A DNA stretch of 5,966 nt. It comes from Octopus sinensis (taxonomy: Eukaryota). How positions within the stretch are numbered: the first letter of the stretch is position 1; the number at the start of each line of letters is the position of its first letter. The stretch covers positions 1-5,966 of the forward strand of contig NW_021829551.1 of NCBI RefSeq assembly GCF_006345805.1, read 5' to 3'. A model generated the notes under the pieces. That model had not been told where the DNA came from and did not search any database. It saw only the letters and a program-made list of their open reading frames with translations. Below, in pieces: positions 1-5,966 of this stretch. Both the position numbers and the translations under genes were made by a program.

Positions 1-195
1 CTGTTTACGAAACATCGATTTGATGGAGAGAGTGAGATAATGTGCAACAAGAGCATTTGATCATTATAAACAAATCATTTCTGCAGGTCGTTCAGCAATA
101 TCTGAACGCTCACATGTCGTCTCCGACGGGAGAGTTCATCATATATCTAAGGCGGTGCTCCAGCATGGCCGCAGTCAAGTGACTGAAACAAGTAA
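1..195 (+). mobile_element. 3' end of a non-LTR retrotransposon (LINE, probably RTE clade), cut off by the window start
   Basis: Seen: 151-195 (ggcggtgctccagcatggccgcagtcaagtgactgaaacaagtaaa) aligns by eye at about 30/45 with the SINE tail at 3962-4006, whereas 1-150 has no similarity to the SINE body. The element ends directly in an (AT)11 run. Recall (not searched): this tail and upstream segment resemble the common Octopus RTE-like LINE 3' UTR. No reverse-transcriptase coding sequence is visible, so the clade call is inference. Confidence 0.6.
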
Positions 196-217
196 ATATA
201 TATATATATATATATAT
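196..217. repeat. (AT)11 microsatellite at the end of the retroelement tail
   Basis: Perfect AT run read directly from the sequence. Confidence 0.95.
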
Positions 218-676
218 TTGTTTTTGTTTTTAATCATTGACTCTCACGCTAGAAAACAAATGTATTTAAATTCAGTTTCTTTTGGGATCCGTGAATCCTC
301 ATATATCAAAAATTACACTGAAGAGATTCTTACCCACAAACAATGGTTTTTCATCATTTTATTATGGGTAAGAATCGAAACAATTCTATATAATTTGTAT
401 TTAATATCTATTAATTTATATCCCCCTCTCCCGCACGTTTAAACTTTGAAGTTCCCTTCCACAATATTGTTTTCCTCTTCAATATGACCTCCAGTCTGAT
501 GTACATCGTCACATATTGACTTCCATTTTATTCTAGTAACTCTTACGCTTTCAATGGTCTAAGGATCTTGTAACGAGCAAATGCATAAAACAAAATTATA
601 AGCATATAATATAATATAATATTATGCTAATACATTTTAAGTTTTCGAATTGACAAGTGCATATCTTCATTTTCTA

Positions 677-680
<4 letters not shown>

Positions 681-724
<44 letters not shown>

Positions 725-930
725 CATACATACATACATCCTACATACATACTACATACATAACATACATACATACTACATCATACTACATACATGCATA
801 TATACATACAAACATACACACACACGCACGCACACATACATAAGTTTACACGATGTGCTTCCACACAGTTTCCGCTTTCTAAATCTACACACTGTTCATT
901 AGACACACAAATGTTTCTTAACCACACAAA
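681..930. repeat. Compound microsatellite: (TA)20, then degenerate (CATA)n/(CA)n
   Basis: Perfect (TA)20 at 681-720; catacatacatac and tacatacatac variants to about 840; decayed CA-rich sequence to about 930. Confidence 0.9.
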
Positions 931-939
931 CATATTTAT

Positions 940-1020
940 AAATATGTATGTGTGGGTGTTTTTGTGTGCATATGAATGAGTCTGTCTGTCTGTGTGTAAT
1001 CATATGCTTGTGCATGTATA
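940..1020. repeat. Degenerate (TG)/(TATG)/(TCTG)-rich tract
   Basis: atgtatgtgtgggtg...gtctgtctgtctgtgtgt...gtgcatgtata; imperfect. Confidence 0.6.
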
Positions 1021-1344
1021 CCCTTTCTTGAAGTTCTTTTCATCCTATGTTTTCCTGATTCGACAGTTCTATAGCCAAAGACAATCCAACTTAGACCATA
1101 CTGTCTAGTTTTTATTTTGTTAATGAAACTTTGGGCGACTCTTTAGATCGCAACCTTCAGTGTTTATGATGGTGGAAATTTGTTTCGAGGAAGATTTTTG
1201 CAGCATTTTCTCGTTGGTAGGGGTGCCCATGTATTGTTGTGCTAATCTTATCTTAGTAGGAATTGTAAGAATAATAAATGAAAAGATGAACATTGAATGA
1301 AGAAGTAAAACGACTGCCACAACAACAAATACAGTAACTCTGAG

Positions 1345-1450
1345 CAAAAATCATTAGCAAATATATTGAAATATAAAAGAAACTAGAAAAAAAAAACCCA
1401 CACAAAAAAAATATTAAACAAAACAAGTAGAGTCAGGAAATATTTTTTAA
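1345..1450. repeat. A-rich low-complexity tract
   Basis: Several poly-A runs, e.g. gaaaaaaaaaaacccacacaaaaaaaa. Confidence 0.6.
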
Positions 1451-1520
1451 ATAATAACAACTACGACGACGATGACAATAGCATCAGCAGCAGCAGCAGC
1501 CAGCACAACTACAACAACAA
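1451..1520. repeat. Compound trinucleotide microsatellite (AAT/CAA/GAC/CAG)
   Basis: ataataacaactacgacgacgatgacaatagcat, then (CAG)5 at 1485-1499, ending in acaacaacaa. Confidence 0.85.
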
Positions 1521-1673
1521 AATATAAACAAAACAAAGCCGAAACTATCCATCCGTGTCATGAGAGAAGGGTGGTGTAACAAGAATTGGCCCCCTGAGAA
1601 TATCGAAATCAATGCACACTTTAAGCTGGTTTCCCCATCACAGCGTTATCTTGTATTTCACGCTTGGTCGAAA

Positions 1674-2095
1674 CGCACACACAGAGACACTCACACACAA
1701 ACACACACACATACACACACACACACACACATGGACATATTCACGCGTGTAGTTACAGAAACAAACACAGACTCGTAGTCAAACCTAAACATAAACTCAT
1801 AAAAGAACCATTTCGAAGCTCCTATACATATACACGCAAGCACACAAATACAACCAAAACGCACGCATTGAAACACACATATATGACACATATAATAAAT
1901 TACACCCTCACACACACATAAACACACACATACACAAACTCATAGACGGTCATACACTTATACTGAAGACGACATAGACACACCGTAGACCACGCAAATA
2001 CACACATATGCCCATACAGGCAGACACACACATAGATGCCCTCACAAACAAAATCATATAAATTCACACACACATACACAAACAAGAAATAAACA
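1674..2095. repeat. (CA)n microsatellite with a long degenerate CA-rich extension
   Basis: Near-perfect (AC)n at 1701-1730; decayed cacacata/cacacaaa units continue to about 2095. Confidence 0.8.
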
Positions 2096-2285
2096 CAACT
2101 AAAGAAAAATTAAAATAAAATTACAAAAATCACCAACAAAAAGAAAAAGAAAAAAACACGTGAAAAAAAACAGATTATTCATATTTTCTTTTTTTTTAAA
2201 CATTGACTGTCACAGAATTTTTGATAAAGAAAATTTGTTGTATGGCAAAAAAAAAGAATCTTTGAAAAATGAAAGAAAGTTAAAT
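2096..2285. repeat. A/T-rich low-complexity tract
   Basis: Multiple A7-A10 and T runs. Confidence 0.6.
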
Positions 2286-2384
2286 TGTTATGTGGACATA
2301 GCGTAATATAATATTAAACATCACCAACAGAGTGACCCCTTTAAGAAGACAATATATTTGCATAGAAAATTATGTGCAATATGG

Positions 2385-2424
2385 TACATACATACATACA
2401 CACACACATATACATATATGTATA

Positions 2425-2455
<31 letters not shown>

Positions 2456-2481
2456 CTATATATATATATATATATATATAT
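2385..2481. repeat. Compound (TACA)n-(CA)n-(TA)n microsatellite
   Basis: tacatacatacatacacacacacata, then an interrupted TA run to 2481. Confidence 0.92.
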
Positions 2482-2664
2482 GATTTAAGATTTTGTATAA
2501 TATGAGATGATTTCATATCAGGTTATTAGATAGAAGAAAAGAATATGGAACCGCTTAAGAATATTGATTTATGTTATAGGCGCAAGGTCTTAATTTCGGC
2601 GAATTTATATAGTGTATCAAATCAACCTCAAAACATGACTAACACTTCAATTTATCACGTCTTC

Positions 2665-2845
2665 TATGTATGTGAGTATGAGTGTGTATTCATGTATCTA
2701 TATGTGTGCGTGTACATACATATATGTGTATGTATGCAACAGTATATGTGTATATATGTGTGTGTGTCTATATGTGTCTATGCACCTATCTCTATCTATC
2801 TATCTATCTATCTGTCTATCCAGCTATCTATCTATTAATCTATTT
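2665..2845. repeat. Degenerate (TG/TATG)n followed by (TCTA)n
   Basis: tatgtatgtgagtatgagtgtg...gtgtgtgtg, then tatctctatctatctatctatctatctgtctatc from about 2787. Confidence 0.88.
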
Positions 2846-3256
2846 ATCTTTCTTTTGTTGTCTTACCATTTTTATCAATATATATAAATGTTGCTTGCTT
2901 CCAAATGCACTACAAACACAGACACCAGTTTGTCTTCCATTTCTTTAAAGAACGATATAAATAAAAGTACAAATCAAGAACAGTTGATTAGTGGAACTAA
3001 GAAAGGTGCATTTCCTGTTCCGATTCTTCGTCTTCTGATATCTGAATTTTTTTTTTTCTTGGACAAAATTGTTTTTGTGAAGAAGGAATATTTTCTTGCA
3101 TGAGCAACAGCTAATCTTCCTCAAAGTATCGTGTCCCGTTCAGCATATAAATTTGTATATGAATAGTCAACACAGAAAGAGGGAAACCTTACGTAGCTTC
3201 CAAATAATGGTTTATTTTTGCCTGCCAGATTAAGGCAAGAAGTAGGTGTATGTGTA

Positions 3257-3485
3257 CTAAGTTAGGGACTGTAAACAAAACCAGCATCGGTTATCAAGGT
3301 TTAGATTGTGTAGGGACAAATACAAGCACAATTGAAAAGACACACACCCATGCACGCATACAAATATATATATAACAGGCTTCCGCACAATTTCCGTCTA
3401 CCAAATTCACTCACAGGTATCGCTCGGTCTGGGGTTATAGTGGAAGACACTTGCCTAAGGTGTTGCTCAATGGGGCTAAAACTGT
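3257..3485 (-). mobile_element. tRNA-derived SINE, truncated at both ends; same family as 3622-4017
   Basis: Seen: the reverse complement of 3388-3415 (tgtgagtgaatttggtagacggaaattg) matches 3739-3766 (tgcgagttgatttgttagacggaaattg) at 24/28, with a perfect 13-mer. 3257-3264 matches 3868-3875 (taacttag) and 3289-3298 matches 3856-3865 at 8/10. Module order is collinear, including an internal CA/TA microsatellite at about 3338-3374. The motif caccttaggcaagtgtctt resembles the CORE-SINE core. Only a B-box remnant (gttttagccc) survives of the head, and no 3' tail is visible. Confidence 0.85.
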
Positions 3486-3621
3486 AATTGATTCCAGGGC
3501 TTTTCTGGGTACCTTAGACGTGCAGTTAAAAGGGTAACATTCAATCAGCATTGAATGAACAAATCTATTATTTATATTTCAAAATCAATTTAAATCCTCA
3601 TTTTAATTTGTTTTTTTATCA

Positions 3622-4017
3622 AGGCGTGGTTGTACGGTAGCATGGTTGCTTCCCAACTACATCGTTCCGGGTTCAGTCCCACTGCGTGGCCATTTGAACA
3701 GGTGTTTTTTTACAATGGTCTTCGCCGGACCAAAGTGTTGCGAGTTGATTTGTTAGACGGAAATTGCAAGAAACCCATACTTTATATACATGTGTGTGTG
3801 TGTTGTGTTTGTGTGTGTGTGTGTGTCCGTATCCTTATATGTGTCTTCCTTTCCACTTGGCAACCTGTAACTTAGCGGTTCGGCTAAAAATAACCGGTGC
3901 AGTAAATTCCAGTCTTAGCAAAATAAGTTCTGGGATCGACTTGTTCGACGACAACCGCCAAGACGGTACCGCTACTAGGGCTGCAATCCAATGGCTAAAA
4001 CAAGTATGAGGTAAAAG
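3622..4017 (+). mobile_element. Near full-length, diverged tRNA-derived SINE (Octopus-type, CORE-like central domain, LINE-derived 3' tail)
   Basis: Seen: tRNA-like head with A box (3627-3637) and B box ggttcagtccc (3670-3680); central domain 3681-3780; internal (TG)n at 3790-3826; 3' module 3856-3950; tail 3962-4017 homologous to 151-195. A second copy lies in the window on the opposite strand. Assignment to the Octopus SINEs (OR-type tRNA SINEs) is from recall. No target-site duplication identified. Confidence 0.88.
3627..3680 (+). promoter_or_regulatory. Internal RNA polymerase III type-2 promoter (A and B boxes) of the SINE, degenerate
   Basis: tggttgtacgg resembles the A box TGGCNNAGTGG; ggttcagtccc resembles the B box GGTTCGANNCC; spacing is tRNA-like. 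Activity is unknown. Confidence 0.6.
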
Positions 4018-4502
4018 CAAGAAACTACAATAATCCGTCTCTAAGTGACTGAATACTTGTTTCTTAGATTGGTCTGTATTCCATTCTTATCAATACTGTC
4101 TGATCTCTCGCAGACACAGAACGAGTAAGTTTTCTTTTAATTCTTTATTTTGACGGAATTATCGGTAATGATGTTCGACGTAAAGTGATATAAACTGAGA
4201 TGCAAAAAAAAAATATGTCAGCTTGCTTCAACTTTATCGCCATTGATTGGTGCTTAGAATATCTAATTTAATTTATGCTATTGTGTTGTTTTAGAGTATT
4301 GTCGGCACTGGCGGTTGACCGAAGACTCTTCCTTTGGCGTTGTTCGTACTGCATTTATAGTAATCGTATTTCATAATGTTTATTCCATTCTAGTGCAGAG
4401 GCCGCTTGTTTCATGGAATTAACGGTAGCGGACTCCAACTTCATATGTTTCTGTAGATGTCTCAGGAGCTTCTCTGCTGAAAGGGGGTTTCAGTAAAGAG
4501 GG

Positions 4503-4578
4503 AGATAGACAGATAGATAGATAGATAGATAGAGAGAGAGAGTGTGTTAGAGAGAAATATATCTATATATATATATAT
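4503..4578. repeat. Compound (GATA)n-(GA)n-(TA)n microsatellite
   Basis: agatagacagatagatagatagatagatagagagagagag, then a short TA run. Confidence 0.9.
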
Positions 4579-4744
4579 TGATCGTTGGTGATCTACTAGC
4601 TTACGGCTGACCACTTAGGGGCTTTTTAGCCCTTTAAATATACACATGTATTAGAATTTTCTCTGATTTTTCAGATTTTTGTATGCTAGGCTACTGGTTT
4701 TAAATTGTTATTAATTAAATTGATATTCAATTTATCTCCCTCAT

Positions 4745-4752
<8 letters not shown>

Positions 4753-4836
<84 letters not shown>
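4753..4836. repeat. (TA)14 directly joined to a roughly 56-bp (GA)n run
   Basis: TA at 4753-4780; GA at 4781-4836 with one interruption at 4800. Confidence 0.95.
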
Positions 4837-4840
<4 letters not shown>

Positions 4841-5417
4841 GAACAAGAATCGATTATAAAACTAACGTCCGGAACTGCACCATATAAACCTCAAAAAACT
4901 AATCAGTAATATTGAAGTTAGTGTCATTTGAACTCAGAGTACAGATGCTACATAGATATAACAATAACAAATTTTTGGTGTACTATGGACCAAAAGAACA
5001 GCACTCCGCTTCTGTTACACGGTTTACATACGTGGTTTATCCTTATTGCACCGGGATCACTTCCAATTACTGTCCAAGAAATGCATTTGGGAGATGCATG
5101 AGAGTCACATCTCCCCATTCCTCGTTCCTGAATATTCGTTCTTTTCCACATGGTGAAAAGAAAATTGTATGTTTTTCTTTTCGTTATATATACAAGTGTA
5201 TTATCATAGAATTTTTGTATAACACCTTTAGTCTCTGATCTGTGATCTTGTTTAGTATGACGAGAGAGAAACTGAAGATCATATTGATAACCAGAGAAAA
5301 TCTCAGCACTTTTATGTTAAAAGTGTTCTAAAGTTCACTATGGTATCAGACTTAATAATTCAAAGAAGTAGTTTCAAACGTAGTTGATCGCTAGGTATTG
5401 AAATGAAGCCGTGTAAG

Positions 5418-5692
5418 AGATAGAGAGAAAGATAAACAGATAGATAGACAGATGATTATATATGTATGTATATATAGAAATGTATGTATGTGCGCATTCA
5501 TCTCTAAGTATATATGTATATACACACCACACACACATATGTATATATATACGTATATATACACAAACACATGTTTACACACATACATACAATGTGTATA
5601 TTTAAGTATATACATATGTATGTATATATGTATATATATACATACAACCACACACACACACACACACCACATATATATATATATATATATAT

Positions 5693-5757
<65 letters not shown>

Positions 5758-5800
5758 GATATTCAGGCATGCAGAGACAGAATGACAGACAGACACAGAG
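5418..5800. repeat. Long compound microsatellite: (GATA), (TATG), (CA)n, (AT)24, (GACA)
   Basis: GATA/GACA units 5418-5452; TATG units 5459-5520; CA/TA mix to 5670; perfect (AT)24 at 5699-5746; gacagacagac at about 5785. Confidence 0.92.
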
Positions 5801-5880
5801 AAAGGAATGGATAGAGGTTTTGATTCATACATGCATATTACAACATATAGAGGGCAACGAAATTGAAAAATAGGGTAGAC

Positions 5881-5963
5881 ATATATATATATATATATCG
5901 ATATAGTGGAGTAGAATGGTATAATTTCTTCGAGTATGTTCTATGAATGTGCATATATATATA
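5881..5963. repeat. Two short (AT)n runs
   Basis: AT run at 5881-5897 and a shorter one at about 5953-5963. Confidence 0.75.
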
Positions 5964-5966
5964 GCG

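Noticed and set aside
155-442. 95-aa ORF
   Set aside because: GTG start inside the retroelement tail, runs through (AT)11, no recognisable domain.
470-558. IES...GGHIE resemblance to a Tc1/mariner transposase C-terminus
   Set aside because: Spacing between the motifs does not fit, and no DDE/DDD region or terminal inverted repeats are visible.
1120-1347. 75-aa minus-strand ORF with a hydrophobic N-terminus
   Set aside because: The hydrophobic part derives from CAA-rich and A-rich low-complexity DNA read on the minus strand; no family recognised.
1485-1499. (CAG)5 as a possible polyglutamine exon
   Set aside because: Embedded in a mixed trinucleotide tract within A-rich DNA, with no coding context.
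3538-3557. 8-bp hairpin cattcaat-cagc-attgaatg in the spacer between the SINEs
   Set aside because: A few 8-bp stems are expected by chance in this length, and it lies 20-30 bp off the symmetry axis of the SINE pair.
3623-3690. tRNA-like sequence with A and B boxes
   Set aside because: It is the SINE head, continuing into SINE body, and I could not build a complete cloverleaf; not called as a tRNA gene.
3630-4020. Three overlapping ORFs (81, 81 and 61 aa)
   Set aside because: All lie within the SINE, which is non-coding.
4068-4124. Plus-strand 57-nt (or 11-nt) exon candidate bounded by ttcttag and gtaagt
   Set aside because: A single GTAAGT is expected by chance in 6 kb of AT-rich DNA; no partner exon and no recognisable peptide.
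5089-5115. 8-bp hairpin gggagatg...catctccc
   Set aside because: Within chance expectation; too short for a pre-miRNA and no other support.
4912-5238. 108-aa ORF and its antisense 67-aa ORF
   Set aside because: TTG start, no recognisable motif or eukaryotic gene context; consistent with chance.
657-5814. Most ORF-track entries (YIYIYI, THTHTH, CVCVCV, ERERER, LSIYLSIY peptides)
   Set aside because: They are translations of dinucleotide and tetranucleotide microsatellites that lack stop codons in some frames.
1-5966. CRISPR-like, telomeric or larger tandem-repeat arrays
   Set aside because: No regularly spaced 20-50 bp direct repeats; only isolated ttaggg hexamers near 3262 and 4615.

Overview
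AT-rich, microsatellite-dense eukaryotic non-coding DNA (intron or intergenic). No supportable protein-coding gene, RNA gene, CRISPR array or prokaryotic feature is present. The recognisable content is retroposon-derived: the 3' end of a probable RTE-type LINE (1-195), and two diverged copies of one tRNA-derived SINE family in divergent, head-to-head orientation (minus copy about 3257-3485, plus copy about 3622-4017). From memory, these repeats match the abundant Octopus SINE/LINE families, so the source is probably an octopus; this is recall, not a database result. The rest is compound microsatellite ((TA)n, (CA)n, (TACA)n, (TCTA)n, (GA)n, (CAG)n) separated by short unique stretches. The listed ORFs are mostly microsatellite or SINE read-through. 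I found no convincing novel biological system. The best leads are the inverted SINE pair (possible dsRNA/ADAR substrate), the tail shared between LINE and SINE, a 12-bp perfect inverted repeat at 325-376, and a few weak minus-strand exon candidates.
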